DNA of 39,541 bases from Octopus bimaculoides (Eukaryota). Positions 22,545 to 37,646 of the stretch are shown piece by piece. A program made the translations under genes and the position numbers. Under the pieces are notes generated by a model. It did not search any database, was not told the origin of the DNA, and saw nothing but the letters and a program-made list of their open reading frames with translations. Where the stretch lies: the NCBI RefSeq assembly GCF_001194135.2, contig NC_068998.1, forward strand, positions 42,029,189 through 42,068,729, in the 5' to 3' direction. The stretch's first letter is position 1. Each line of letters opens with the position of its first letter.

Positions 22545-23639
22545 TAGAAACATAGCAGGTGGAATAAAGAAACGGCAAAGCAAATGGAAAATTAGTGAAT
22601 TTTTGCATTGAAAATGTTATATTATTTGTTGTTCATTTTTTCTTTTGTTTTTTAAAATTATAATTTTTTTATCATTATAACGTGTAAAAATGAATTTAAC
22701 ACGCATAAATAGTTTGAATTTACAGCGACTGCTTCAAGCATAAATAAANNNNNNNNNNNNNNNNNNNNNNNNNNNNNNNNNNNNNNNNNNNNNNNNNNNN
22801 NNNNNNNNNNNNNNNNNNNNNNNNNNNNNNNNNNNNNNNNNNNNNNNNNNNNNNNNNNNNNNNNNNNNNNNNNNNNNNNNNNNNNNNNNNNNNNNNNNNN
22901 NNNNNNNNNNNNNNNNNNNNNNNNNNNNNNNNNNNNNNNNNNNNNNNNNNNNNNNNNNNNNNNNNNNNNNNNNNNNNNNNNNNNNNNNNNNNNNNNNNNN
23001 NNNNNNNNNNNNNNNNNNNNNNNNNNNNNNNNNNNNNNNNNNNNNNNNNNNNNNNNNNNNNNNNNNNNNNNNNNNNNNNNNNNNNNNNNNNNNNNNNNNN
23101 NNNNNNNNNNNNNNNNNNNNNNNNNNNNNNNNNNNNNNNNNNNNNNNNNNNNNNNNNNNNNNNNNNNNNNNNNNNNNNNNNNNNNNNNNNNNNNNNNNNN
23201 NNNNNNNNNNNNNNNNNNNNNNNNNNNNNNNNNNNNNNNNNNNNNNNNNNNNNNNNNNNNNNNNNNNNNNNNNNNNNNNNNNNNNNNNNNNNNNNNNNNN
23301 NNNNNNNNNNNNNNNNNNNNNNNNNNNNNNNNNNNNNNNNNNNTATTATCATTAATTTAGTAAAATCAAACGAAAGAAAATAAATTTTCAATGAAGTACT
23401 TCCCTATTATGTTAGGCTGCAATTGATTGAATTAACAATGTTTTAAAGAAATTACATTATCTTTCTTACAAACAACTTCAAATACTATGGTGTGATTAAA
23501 AACTTTTTTTTTTAAAATTTTCCTTCTTTATTTTGACCACTGAAATCTCAGCTGAATTGATAAGGCGACAAGAGGATACTTAGTTATAACGGTAGCATTT
23601 GTTTGATATTACTGGCAGTAATAGGTGGTAGTGTTATCA

Positions 23640-23885
23640 ATGGCAGCGACGAGGACGACGAAGGTGAAATGAAGAGGATGATAACGATAATGATGACGAT
23701 AATGAAGATGGCGGTGGCGACGATGATGGTGATTACGACGCTGGCAGCAACGAAGATGAAGTTGACGAGTATGACAACGATGAGTATGGCGCTGATGACG
23801 ACAACGATGATGCCAAAGAAGATGATGAAGATGATAACTGCGACGATGATGAGGATGATAAAAGCTAATGTTTATGACGATGGCG
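23640..23885. repeat. Degenerate (GAT/GAC)n low-complexity tract
   Basis: Eroded trinucleotide periodicity. Confidence 0.85.
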
Positions 23886-25549
23886 GCAATTGAGATATGA
23901 AGAAAATTGAAACAACTTTTGTTGGTTTCATGAAGAATAGCCGGTAAATGATATTTGCGAGTAGCATTATAAGCTAACCAATGTATTCATGAAGTTCGCG
24001 CTGATTCCCCTTGTACAACAGCCCTTTGGTTGACAGACAGACACAATACATGTTCAGTGTAGTATGATATAAAGCATTACCTATGGCTCATTTTAACTGG
24101 ATGCTACAATTTATCGCGTCGGTCACTCACGGCCATATTTTCTCCGAAAGCAAAATTTGATTGATTTATGCTTATGAACAGAAGGACATTTCAGAAGATA
24201 CTTTTGATCGCATGGCTGGCATACAAAGTGTGATGCTGATTATAAAGGAACACAACAATAGCTGATTACGAGAGACTGGGTTTTGTGTGATGTTAGATCT
24301 AAACGAAAACACTAATATTTGCTAGAGAACGATAACGGTTTGCGTAGTGGTCGATGTGAAGAAACATCTAGAAAGGAATACAGCGAATCTACAAAGAAAA
24401 AAATACAACGATAGTTATTAAAGAAACACTACGTTTTGTCTAGTGTTAGGTCTACAGTAATGCGACAATAGTTGTTAAAGACACCAGCTGTTTAACGATA
24501 GATTCGTCAGGTAAAGTGCATCGAGAGGGTATGAAGAATAATGGAAGCGGCTTGTCATACTTTGCTACCTTGACTGAAGGTACACGACCGAAGACATTTA
24601 CAGAGAACGTCATCTGGCGACACGCAGTCATTATTATTAAGAAAAAACAACGCAATTTTCACATTCTATTTTCAGGCATTCCGACCACACACCATTTTAA
24701 TGAAAATCAAAAATATAATTATGAAAATACATTAAAAATAAGAGAATGAGAAAAATACTAAACAAAATTCGACTCATATTAATTAAAAAGTTTTCAAGAA
24801 TTCTTATTAAATCCAATTTCCTTCTACACATAATTCTCTGTCTCTTTCCTTTCTCTCACACTTTCTTTCTTTCGCTCCGTCTTTCACTCTTCCTCTCTCT
24901 CCCTATCTCTCTATCTCTATCTCTTTCTCTCTCCTCCTCTGTCTCCCTCTTTCTTTTTCTATCCATTTATATATTTCGATGCACACATATATGACTGTAT
25001 GTATGTATATATACATACATACATNNNNNNNNNNNNNNNNNNNNNNNNNNNNNNNNNNNNNNNNNNNNNNNNNNNNNNNNNNNNNNNNNNNNNNNNNNNN
25101 NNNNNNNNNNNNNNNNNNNNNNNNNNNNNNNNNNNNNNNNNNNNNNNNNNNNNNNNNNNNNNNNNNNNNNNNNNNNNNNNNNNNNNNNNNNNNNNNNNNN
25201 NNNNNNNNNNNNNNNNNNNNNNNNNNNNNNNNNNNNNNNNNNNNNNNNNNNNNNNNNNNNNNNNNNNNNNNNNNNNNNNNNNNNNNNNNNNNNNNNNNNN
25301 NNNNNNNNNNNNNNNNNNNNNNNNNNNNNNNNNNNNNNNNNNNNNNNNNNNNNNNNNNNNNNNNNNNNNNNNNNNNNNNNNNNNNNNNNNNNNNNNNNNN
25401 NNNNNNNNNNNNNNNNNNNNNNNNNNNNNNNNNNNNNNNNNNNNNNNNNNNNNNNNNNNNNNNNNNNNNNNNNNNNNNNNNNNNNNNNNNNNNNNNNNNN
25501 NNNNNNNNNNNNNNNNNNNNNNNNNNNNNNNNNNNNNNNNNNNNNNNNN

Positions 25550-25597
<48 letters not shown>

Positions 25598-26012
25598 TTG
25601 TATATAATAAAGAGCATATGACTACACCTGTGAATTGATATGCGTATATGTGTTCATGTGAGTGTCTTTGTATATACGTCAATTTTCTATTTGCCATAAT
25701 TCCACTCAGACAAATTTAATGAAAATTCATCGGAGTAAGGTGATAAAAAATAAAATGTTTAAATATATATATATATGAGGATACACCCAAAATTACACAC
25801 GGAAAGAGACATATAGAGATGCACACGCACAACAGGATAAATGTGGATACGCACATGTATTCACGTTCATTCATACGGATTCAGAATTAAGGAAATGCAC
25901 ACAAACATATTCGTTCACTCATATACATGTGTGTGTAAACATATACCTACATATGCATACATATATACTTATATATATATATATGTGCATATATGTATGT
26001 GTGTCTGTATGA

Positions 26013-26061
<49 letters not shown>

Positions 26062-26543
26062 NNNNNNNNNNNNNNNNNNNNNNNNNNNNNNNNNNNNNNN
26101 NNNNNNNNNNNNNNNNNNNNNNNNNNNNNNNNNNNNNNNNNNNNNNNNNNNNNNNNNNNNNNNNNNNNNNNNNNNNNNNNNNNNNNNNNNNNNNNNNNNN
26201 NNNNNNNNNNNNNNNNNNNNNNNNNNNNNNNNNNNNNNNNNNNNNNNNNNNNNNNNNNNNNNNNNNNNNNNNNNNNNNNNNNNNNNNNNNNNNNNNNNNN
26301 NNNNNNACACACACACCGAAATATATAAAGAGAATATACAAGGAATTTTCAACAACTGACTAGATGTAATAGTTGGATTTACCACTATAATCTGACTTCA
26401 ACACAACTTGAAAATATCGTGGTGAAATTGCCTACCAAATGTGACTACAGGTGGTTACTCCTCAAGCGGATGGATATGTATACACATATATTATATATAG
26501 ATTATATATGTTATATATATATTGTATATATATATGTGGATTA

Positions 26544-26581
<38 letters not shown>

Positions 26582-27149
26582 AATGTATATATGTATTATA
26601 TATGTATATATGTTATATGTATATATTTTATATTATATACATATATATGTATTGTATATGTATGTATATATATGTATATAAATATATATGTATTATATAT
26701 GTTTATAAATAAATGCGCATGTGTACATATACAGATGCACGCACACAGATACACACACTGATGTATATTGAGGTTATTATTTGCAAATTCCAAATTATGT
26801 TCTTCAGGACACATGTGCAGGAAAAAGAAAGGAAAAGCTTAAAAATTAAAATTAATGGGTTAAAACTGCAATATTTCTTATACTTTGTCAAATTAATTTT
26901 CCACAAATAAATAAGAAAATTAAAAGAAAACAAGCAGAAAATAATAGAACAAAATAGAAAAAGTAATAAAACTCATACTTTTAAAACAATGTAATATTAT
27001 TAATTGAGAAAAAAAATGAATAAAAAATTAATTGCCTCTCTCGTTACTTCTCTAATTAATATGGATTTTCCTTCTGTTTTTTTTCTTTTAACTGAAGCCA
27101 CATTATCATATTTTTTATGTATTTTATTTGTAGTTGTTGAGTTAATAAA

Positions 27150-28275
27150 CAGTTGAATGACTAAATCGGTAGAGTGTTGTAGTTATTTCTTTGCGGTGTT
27201 TAGCTGTTGCAGTACCGCGATCTAATCTGATAGCTGGCGGTCTTTGCTTTTCTGTTTTGCGGCCTTGATTATAATTTCTGTATATGGTAGGCACAAAGTC
27301 TGAATGTTAGTGGATGAAGGCTAATGGATTACATCGGTATCGGTGCTCAACAGTTACATATTTTATCGACTCCAAAGGGATGAAAGGCAAAATCGCCCTC
27401 GGTGAATTTGAACTTAGAATGTAAAAAGCCGAAAGAAATGCTGATAAGGATCTCTGTTCAAACTGTGACAGCTCACCACTTTTGCAGGTTCGATAAAATA
27501 AAGTGACAGTCAAATACTAGGGTTGACATTATCGATTTCCCCTTACTCCCTAAATGGTTATTTGACTGCATCCGTCCTAATATTTCATGGATATTTTATT
27601 TTAGAAACCCCCGGAAGGAAGAAAAACAAAATTGATTGCAGTATGATTTGATCCCAGAACGTAAAGAGCCGAAGGAAAAAAAGTAAAGGTTTTTACGGAG
27701 TTGCAACGATTACCAATCTACCAGCCTTACGCGGACAGTAATTATTATCTTTATTGTTATTGTTGTAATTGTTGTTGTAGCTGTTATTTTGGTGAACGGT
27801 TGAATGTCAGAAACGACGGCACATCTGGCTTTACTGGTTATATCTCACTTACTGATTCCAAATCCCATTGGTATTGCTTTGCTTTTTGTGGTTAAGATTA
27901 AATTGAAAAGTCTGAGTTCAATAATAGAGGCCGATATCGTAATAAATTTACACTTCTCTCGCAAAATTCACGTCTTGTGACATCGCTAGAAAATATGCTA
28001 AGTTACGTAGAAATGTTGCTGTTAACGACAGATTGAATAAGGAAAAAGACAAAATCAATCAAGGTATTTGACTACGTTCTTAATCAATCCGGCCGTGGTT
28101 TACTTTCCTTGTATCCTGAAAAAAACAGGAATAATATATTGAAGCCTACAAATCGATTGTTTTGCTTTTAAATCCGTGGTCCATGAAAGGATGTACCAGT
28201 CAAGTACTAGGTTCGATATAATCCACAAACCACGCTGTGCAAAATTGCTGGTTATGTGCCTAAATCACAGACCAT
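27150..28275. mobile_element. Cluster of decayed SINE family B copies in both orientations
   Basis: Minus copy near 27330-27480 (TTTTATCGACTCCAAAGGGATGAAAGGCAAAATCGCCCTCGGTGAATTTGAACTTAGAA), plus fragment 27490-27555, and more decayed copies near 27560-27735, 27790-27990 and 28080-28275. Confidence 0.6.
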
Positions 28276-30286
28276 TATTATTATTATTGTTATCATCATT
28301 ACCATCATCATCATCCTCATCATAATCATCAGTAGTAGTAGTAGTAGTAGTAGTAGTAACTTTATTATTAATGGCTTTACAAGTATCACACCAACACGGA
28401 TGCCTATACGCGAGCGCTCGGCCTGCTACAGATGAAAATGAAATTTCCGTTATATCTCTTTGCTGTCTTCAAGAAAGGAAAGATAAAAAGGAGACTATAT
28501 TGGCCTGAATGCAAAATAACGGGATGATCACTGTTAGAATTGATATTATCATGTACACTTGGTTGATAAAGGATCACCTAGGGTCAAGCTCCTAGTAAAC
28601 TGGAAACAACATCTTAAGTCATATTACAACCAATGAGAAACAGCTATGATATAGTTCATGTGATTATATCATCCAATCAAAATAGGAGTGCCAGCAAGCT
28701 TTAAGATTATTTCTTTCAGAGATTCTCTGAACAGTAAAGGGTTCCGTATAGATTAGCTTACAATTGAATCATAATACTAACTACTTAAACTTTCTCGGCT
28801 CTGAACGCCAGACAAAAGCAAATTATTTAGTTTAGAGGAAAATGATAAAAAGAAAAAAAGAGAAACAGGTATTTGGATACCTGCAGGTAAAGATAAATAT
28901 ATAGGAAAACAGGAAAACAGATAAATTAGCGAAAATAGAGACCAGAATAAGAAATACTAGATAGAGACTACGTTGTAAATCTTTCACAATCAAGTCATTT
29001 CTGGTAGAGATTTTAAAAAGCAAGAAATAAACAATCGAATGAAAATTCAAAGTATCAAAAGATAAATAATCTTCTATTATATCGACCAGATCTATCAAAC
29101 TTTAATTCTTCATTACGCCCGTCAGATCTGACAACATATAACATGTATCACATACTGAGCAAGGTTAATAAATAATTTGTTAATAAATACTTTGATATAT
29201 ATTCTATCACGAACAGGTCGTATGACATCGAATTTATGTTCTTGTGGAGACTATTCAGAAACCATATGGCATTATTTGTTCCAATGTAATCATATCCAAT
29301 AAATTAGAAATTTTTACATTGCAACAGTCATGAGCAGCAATGAGTGAAATATAGGTGTATGCATGTTCATGTATACTATTTTTTTTTCATACATATTATT
29401 TATAAGGAGAATATTTTTCTCGAGAAATTTCTGCAGCTTATGTCGTTCCGTGTCTGTGTGTACACAGACGTATTATAAATATTAAAATGCTCAATTTGAA
29501 CGAGATGACACCTTATAAACTGATTTGAGAAATTCAACCACAGTTGGATATGCAATTTATTTTCAAGCATCCGCCAACCATGAATAAGTTCTTCCAGTTT
29601 ATGAAGGCAACAAAAACATTTAGCAAAACTATGTAGTTCTTCTTTATCTTGTTTTATTTTTTTATTTTCAGTTTTATCTTCTATTTTGTCATTCTTTTTC
29701 TTGTACTTGCCAGTTTTTATACTTTTATGAATGAATAAATGAATGAAAATAAGCGTTTGAATGTAACCGCAGCTCCGAGTCGTGATGTTATGGCAATATT
29801 TTTTAGATTATACATTCACCAAATGGAAGGGAATATTTTTTACTTCACGGTACTATAATTTAGAGACAACCTTAAGGTGTAATATATTAAAAAACACAAC
29901 ACTAACAGCTTGATTTGTAGTAGAGATTACATTGTAAAACTTTGTCTATCTCCGCCGTACTGCTCTTTATAATATTCACCAACGTAATGTTATGTTTTAT
30001 CATTGCTCCCGTGACCTTAAGAAAAGAGAAGCTTTAAATAACGAATAATGACATTCAGTTGAATATAGGAACTATGTTCTACTATAATGCATTGAGCCAT
30101 CCCATTCTTAGATGCTTACAGCAACATGTTTGTGTGTGTGTGCGTGTGTGTTTCTGTGCGCGCGTGTGGTATGATTTCGCGTTAGCGTGCGTTTTTGCGT
30201 GTGTGCGTGTGTATGTACATATGTATACATATATGCATAGCTATCTCCTCTCTCTCCCTCTCTTTATCTCAGTGTTTGAATGTTTC

Positions 30287-30334
<48 letters not shown>

Positions 30335-30404
30335 CGAGAGAGGGAGATGAATAGGGGAAGAAATAGACATATAGACAAATAGACAGATAGATAAATAAAA
30401 AGGC

Positions 30405-30436
<32 letters not shown>

Positions 30437-30843
30437 TTGTAGTTGCAGGTCTTTACACGACCAGAAGAAGACTTGTCAATATTTATTGTAGAATGCTTTT
30501 ATGAAATGCTTTTATAGTATAATTCTCTCTGTTTTTTTCATACCAAGACTGAAGTCTCATGTCAAGATATATTCTACACAATCATCAGACGACACTAACT
30601 TCGTTATATATAAACACTGAACACAAACACTCGCAACACACTCACTCACACAAGTATATATACATCAATACATACATACGTATACATATACATAACTATG
30701 TAAACGCTTATGCATGCATATATCATTAACTGCATACAACGCTTTAAATCAGCTTGTGAATCACTGAAGGGACAACACCATTTGCATATACAGTTACATA
30801 CATGTGTATTGGTACATATGCGTATATATATATAACTATATCC

Positions 30844-30885
<42 letters not shown>

Positions 30886-31542
30886 ACATTATATATATAT
30901 ATACGTTATATATATATATAGAGAGAGAGAGAAAGATAGGGGAAAGAGAGAGAGTGATGCATGCATGTACATATCCACAGACATACAACACGCACATATA
31001 TCTAGGATATAGTACATGTGATATATGTATGCATTTGTTCTGTCTCATATTGCAAATGCTGTTAATGTATTCATATGATTCCTTTAAATTTATTTCGACT
31101 AAAAAAAAAATTCTAAATAAAATTTTAGCTCCTCAAACAGAAGCAAATACCTTAAAAAAAACTATTCTATGCGTTCATAACGAAGTCAAGGGAAATAATC
31201 ATTGCAAAGTCTTTTGATTTGGTTCGTTTCTTTTCTTAGTTTCCAATTACTCCGACAATATCATGAGAAAATAGTTTATTTCATTTGACGATATTTTATA
31301 CTATTTATTCATGTATTTATTTAGGTATTTAGTTAGTTCTTTGTTTTTGTTTTCAACTTCATGTCTTTTAGTAAGATCGTTTGTTTTGTGTGTGTGTGTT
31401 TTTCTTTGTGGCAGTCGGTTCTGATATCTTTTTTTCCTTCTTTCAATATGCAATTAAAGATACGTTAATTAACGAAAGAATCTCTTAGTAATGAGTCTTA
31501 TATTATAATAAGCTACTAAAGAAAAACATACAACTAAAATGC

Positions 31543-31583
<41 letters not shown>

Positions 31584-32787
31584 TAATAATAATAATAATA
31601 ATAATAGCATAAGAAATGCAGAAATGAAAATTTATTAAATAAGTCGAACAACAAATACAACCAAAAATAAATATTCGGGGAAATGAAATTTTGAAAAAGA
31701 AGAAAATAAAATTAGAGAAAATACAATTAAACGNNNNNNNNNNNNNNNNNNNNNNNNNNNNNNNNNNNNNNNNNNNNNNNNNNNNNNNNNNNNNNNNNNN
31801 NNNNNNNNNNNNNNNNNNNNNNNNNNNNNNNNNNNNNNNNNNNNNNNNNNNNNNNNNNNNNNNNNNNNNNNNNNNNNNNNNNNNNNNNNNNNNNNNNNNN
31901 NNNNNNNNNNNNNNNNNNNNNNNNNNNNNNNNNNNNNNNNNNNNNNNNNNNNNNNNNNNNNNNNNNNNNNNNNNNNNNNNNNNNNNNNNNNNNNNNNNNN
32001 NNNNNNNNNNNNNNNNNNNNNNNNNNNNNNNNNNNNTATATATATATATATATGTATGTATGTATGGATATGCATATATTTATTGATGTAATACTTAAAT
32101 ATTTACATACGTGTGCGGATTTAACTCTGTGTGTGTATGTGTGTCGTAGTTTCTAGGATCTGCGTTAATTATCTTTCTCCTGCTTTAATTAACAATTGTT
32201 CAATGCAATAATATCGTCCGCATGTTCAAGTCCAGCATAGTATTTGCTTTAATATTTACGAACTAGATTTTCTTCTTTCTACCTCTATCTCTGTCTACTC
32301 CTCTTTCTCAATTTCTCTGCACCACTCTCTCTTTCTCCTCACCTTTCTTAATTATCACTTTAAAACATGGAGTACATTTCGAAATATAATTAAATGTAAA
32401 TATTCCATATTGTATATTCCATTATTTTTGTATATTTTGCGGGGCGGTCATCTGCAAACGCCCGTTTCACTATCTTTATGCGGCACTGGTACAACTAATG
32501 AACAATTAGCAAAATGAAGACAAATTTTTGTTGTCCTGAATTATTTACAAACACAGATATTACATGAAATATTAAAATGAAGATGTGATCATGATACCAT
32601 CATACACAAAATGGAGGCGTTTAATCACATTTAAATGATTTTCAACGAATGATTTCATTGAAACCGGTAAGACTTTATTTCGTGATCATGAAAACAACGT
32701 GTTATTCTGTAGAGTTATTCTACCCGGTGCCAAGCCACGTCAGTCACAAACAACTACACAGAACAGGAGGAGCACTTGGGGTGGAGA

Positions 32788-32831
32788 GTCGCTGAAGAGG
32801 TCACAAGGTGTGTGGCGAAAGATTTCTAGAC
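32788..32831 (+). ncRNA. Degenerate minimal hammerhead motif (HHR-4)
   Basis: CUGAAGA 32792-98, one extra G, stem II GUCACA/UGUGGC, GAAA 32817-20, AGAUUU self-complementary, UUC triplet. Stem I is weak (GUC-G/U-a-GAC). Confidence 0.4.
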
Positions 32832-33774
32832 AAATGACATAAAATTAGAACAATAATAATATAAGTTTGAAACGAAGAACGAATATATAGTGCGTGAGTT
32901 TATTTGGCGAAAAATACGACCATTCCGAAATATAACAATACTTGTTTCAACAAACGATTTCAAATCAGGAATCTTGCAAAAAAAAAAAAACATAAATGTA
33001 ACGAAGGCTAAAATGGACTTCGTACTAAAAGGAGATCTAATTTTTCTCTGATTTGGAATATATTTGAACCGTTTTTCATTTTCTTCTTTCATCTTCATTT
33101 TCTTACAGCTTAAACATAGATTTTCTGTTGTAGGTGTAGAAGTAATTAATTATTGCTTAAGTAAAGCACGGTACCAAACAAATGCATATACATCCGGTTG
33201 GAGTTTGAGGTTTGGTAACGTAATTGTGCAAACACAACCAACTGTTGTTTGCACCAATCGATTTTAACATGTTATGTGATAGGATTTATTAATCTTCAGC
33301 ATCAAGTTTTACTATGTCATTAAATTGATTTAACTAGATTATCCATTACTGCAATTTGCGCGTTGGGATATTGTATTGAAATGGTTGTACACAGACCTAC
33401 AAGAAACCACGAAAGGTCTGTTGTTTCTCGGGGTTTTATGAAAACCAATTTAAAGCGCATTCTATTGCAATAACCATTATACACCACTGATACGTGTGTG
33501 CGTTTGTGTGTATGTATATAACTATAAAGAATGTATATGGAGATAAACTGATAGATAAATCATTCCAGTCTCCTGTTTTGGTTTATTAATACTCTGCAAA
33601 AATATTTCCCCGTATTTTCAAATTTTGTGGATAGCTTACACAAATACTGCATCTACATACGAATTTAGAATACACATGTGATTCAAGAGGAAACAGCTCC
33701 GATTTTAAAACTGTATATACATATAAGCATAAGTATACACGTACACTCACACACACACACACACACGTATATGA

Positions 33775-34188
<414 letters not shown>

Positions 34189-35004
34189 TTTTCGTTTTAA
34201 TTCTAATTTTTTTCTTTGTGAATACGAAAACAGGAAGAATATAAAATGTCGCCAACTGATGGTGCCAATGTTTTAATTACTTTTTCCTAGTTGTTCTGAA
34301 TTTGAAGCTAAATATTCCATATTTTGGATATGGAAAAATAATTTATCAAATATGTCTTGAGATAAGCTTCCGATTTAACTAAATTAAAACATTTTCTTCC
34401 TCAAATAGCCAAAATGTAATTTCTTCCCCTATTGTCTCCCTTAAATTATCAGCCACAAAATAAATAGAAACATTTATTAGATTGAAACTTCATAACTAAA
34501 TTAGTAGAGTTATATTGGAATTTTCACCCTCTCCGGCCCACTTCCAAACATTAAAACGGAGAAACTCTAATTGCTATTTCATTATCTTCTTAATATTTAT
34601 AGACGAGAGAAAAATAAACATGGTATCATCACTATTGGTTTTATTGGCAGTTCGAAGATCTTTCATTTATTTGCATTAAAGAAAATAAAGACTTATTTGA
34701 TCAATAAAAGTTCGTATGAACCATTGACTCTTCCTTAGGCTTGCATACGTCTTGTGCTGCAAGGGAACGCTCGGTGGAGCAAGATTATTGCAGAATAAAC
34801 TAGAAGTAGAGCGGTAGAAAACAATGAGAAAACTGCAAGAAAAATAACAAATCTTCAGATTTTGGCATGGTGGCTCACAATCGCCAATGGCTGCAAAACT
34901 GGAAGCGCGCTTGGCGAAATAGAAAGAGAGAGAGAGAGAGAGAAAGAACATATGTTTGGTGGGGTTTAACAGTTTGTATTCAAATGTGAGTCCTTAAGAA
35001 CCCA

Positions 35005-35143
35005 AATTCCTTTCTCAGATTCACACACTTACTGCAGTGGTCTTTCAGTTTTCCTAAGCCCTGTGAAAGAACTTGGAAGGGTGGGCCCCCAACCAGGACT
35101 TTCGTGTACTTTTAAAGCCAGGATCTTTTCAGCACCCCACTCG
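35005..35143 (-). mobile_element. Mariner-derived MITE end with transposase C-terminal remnant
   Basis: The minus strand begins CGAGTGGGGTGCTGAAAAGATCCTGGCTTT (mariner-type TIR). An internal frame reads LSQGLGKLKDHCSKCVNLRKEF, resembling the mariner C-terminus GI.KL..RW.KCV. Confidence 0.65.
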
Positions 35144-35354
35144 AATATATGGAAGAATGGATGAATAGATATGTATGCCTGTTTGTATACTTGATATTAT
35201 AAAACCATATTCTCAGAACTGTAGCCTAACAGCTAATTTCCTTTTGTTTCATTTTCATCAGTTACTTAACTGAAATAGCTAATTTGATATGGTTGTAAAT
35301 ATGTGCATCACGAATATACATGCGTAAATATATACACGCATGCATACATATATA

Positions 35355-35445
35355 AATACATCCATCCATTCATCCATCCATCCCTCCTTCCTCCCTCCAT
35401 CCCTCCATCCCTCCATCCCTCCATCCATCCATCCATCTATCCATA
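35355..35445. repeat. (CATC)n/(CCTC)n microsatellite
   Basis: Read directly. Confidence 0.9.
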
Positions 35446-35725
35446 CATACACAAATGCAATTATATTTGCGGATATGTCTCTGTGTATGTACTTCTGTGA
35501 ACGTGGTTGTGGATACGTATATTAATATACACGTGAATGCATGTGAAGATAGTGTGTATGTATTAGTATGTGTGTGTGTGTTTGTATTCACATATATTTA
35601 TGCACGTATACTTACACGTGTAGATATATATATATGTATAAATGTGTGTATGTATATAAATACATATATACCTATATATATATATATATATATATACCTA
35701 TGTATATATAGATACCTATATATAT

Positions 35726-35766
<41 letters not shown>

Positions 35767-36559
35767 NNNNNNNNNNNNNNNNNNNNNNNNNNNNNNNNNN
35801 NNNNNNNNNNNNNNNNNNNNNNNNNNNNNNNNNNNNNNNNNNNNNNNNNNNNNNNNNNNNNNNNNNNNNNNNNNNNNNNNNNNNNNNNNNNNNNNNNNNN
35901 NNNNNNNNNNNNNNNNNNNNNNNNNNNNNNNNNNNNNNNNNNNNNNNNNNNNNNNNNNNNNNNNNNNNNNNNNNNNNNNNNNNNNNNNNNNNNNNNNNNN
36001 NNNNNNNNNNNNNNNNNNNNNNNNNNNNNNNNNNNNNNNNNNNNNNNNNNNNNNNNNNNNNNNNNNNNNNNNNNNNNNNNNNNNNNNNNNNNNNNNNNNN
36101 NNNNNNNNNNNNNNNNNNNNNNNNNNNNNNNNNNNNNNNNNNNNNNNNNNNNNNNNNNNNNNNNNNNNNNNNNNNNNNNNNNNNNNNNNNNNNNNNNNNN
36201 NNNNNNNNNNNNNNNNNNNNNNNNNNNNNNNNNNNNNNNNNNNNNNNNNNNNNNNNNNNNNNNNNNNNNNNNNNNNNNNNNNNNNNNNNNNNNNNNNNNN
36301 NNNNNNNNNNNNNNNNNNNNNNNNNNNNNNNNNNNNNNNNNNNNNNNNNNNNNNNNNNNNNNNNNNNNNNNNNNNNNNNNNNNNNNNNNNNNNNNNNNNN
36401 NNNNNNNNNNNNNNNNNNNNNNNNNNNNNNNNNNNNNNNNNNNNNNNNNNNNNNNNNNNNNNNNNNNNNNNNNNNNNNNNNNNNNNNNNNNNNNNNNNNN
36501 NNNNNNNNNNNNNNNNNNNNNNNNNNNNNNNNNNNNNNNNNNNNNNNNNNNNNNNNNNN

Positions 36560-36905
36560 AGTTGATCCGATCATTAGAACAGCCTGCTCGTGAAATTAAC
36601 GTGCAAGTGGCTGAGCACTCCACAGACATGTGCACCCTTAACGTAGTTCACGGGGATATTCAGCGTGACACAGTGTGACAAGGCTGACCCTTTGAATTAC
36701 AGGCACAACAGAAACAGGAAGTAAGAGTGAGAGAAAGTTGTGGTGGAAGAGTACAGCAGGATTCGCCACCATCCCCTGCCGGAGCCTCGTGGGGCTTTAG
36801 GTGCTTTCGCTCAATAAACACTCACAACGCTCGGTCTGGGAACCGAAACCGCGATCCTATGACCACGAGTCTGCTGCCCTAACCACTGTGCCATTGCGCC
36901 TCCAC
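36560..36905 (-). mobile_element. tRNA-derived SINE (family D), 3' end lost in gap
   Basis: Minus-strand head GTGGAGGCGCAATGGCACAGTGGTTAGGGCAGC (A-box) and GGTTTCGGTTCCC (B-box-like), followed by a GC-balanced body of about 270 bp. Confidence 0.85.
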
Positions 36906-37613
36906 ACTTCAGAAACATCAGTAAAATGAAAACCAATTGCAAAGCAGCGGGACCTGATGATGTGAAGGGATTTGGGATTAAAAAAGTTCTGTGGGTGCCA
37001 TAAATTTGATCGCAGAGCAATTTAAAGCATTGAGCGACGGAGAAGAGGAAATCCCGGGTTGGGGGACAAACCCAGGAGCAGTGTCATGTCTTAAGAATGC
37101 ATCAAAAGGAAATGCTACCAACAATTATAGGCCAAGTTTTTGTCTCCCATTATAGTGGAAGTTACTGCCAGGAGAAATTGCAGAACTGTGCAAATTTCTT
37201 GATTAAAATTATATGTTGCTGAGGCGGCCTGGGGGGGGGGCGTGTTTGTGTATGCGTATGCAATTATCGCGTGTACATTCTAGCTAATACACACACACAC
37301 ACACGCACACACACGCGCATATATATATATAGATTATTTAGAAACTTTTGACGAGAACCCTAAAAGGGTCAAAAGTTGATTACAGCCATTCATCATTTTT
37401 TCAACCTACAAAGCAATAAGAAAATTTTCCATATTTATGTCTCTACCATGTAGCTTCACATACATACATACATACATACATACAAACATACATACATACA
37501 TATACGCATTCACATCTATATTCATATTTATATACACACATAAATATGTACATATACATACGTATATACATACATATACACTCATGCACGCAAACAGACA
37601 CGTACACATATGC

Positions 37614-37646
<33 letters not shown>

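Noticed and set aside
23603-23893. Acidic or Met-rich ORF
   Set aside because: It derives from an eroded (GAT)n microsatellite.
24425-24520. Minus-strand CTGACGA...TAGAC-AAAA-CGTA, possibly a dead hammerhead
   Set aside because: GAAA is replaced by AAAA, 10.1-11.1 is mismatched and stem I is weak; too degenerate to call.
24511-24579. Possible 69-nt plus-strand exon (KVHREGMKNNGSGLSYFATLTE)
   Set aside because: Weak polypyrimidine tract and donor, no recognisable protein and no partner exons.
37343-37377. 10-bp inverted repeat AACTTTTGAC/GTCAAAAGTT
   Set aside because: Short AT-rich arms of this kind are plausible by chance in 39 kb, and there is no TSD.
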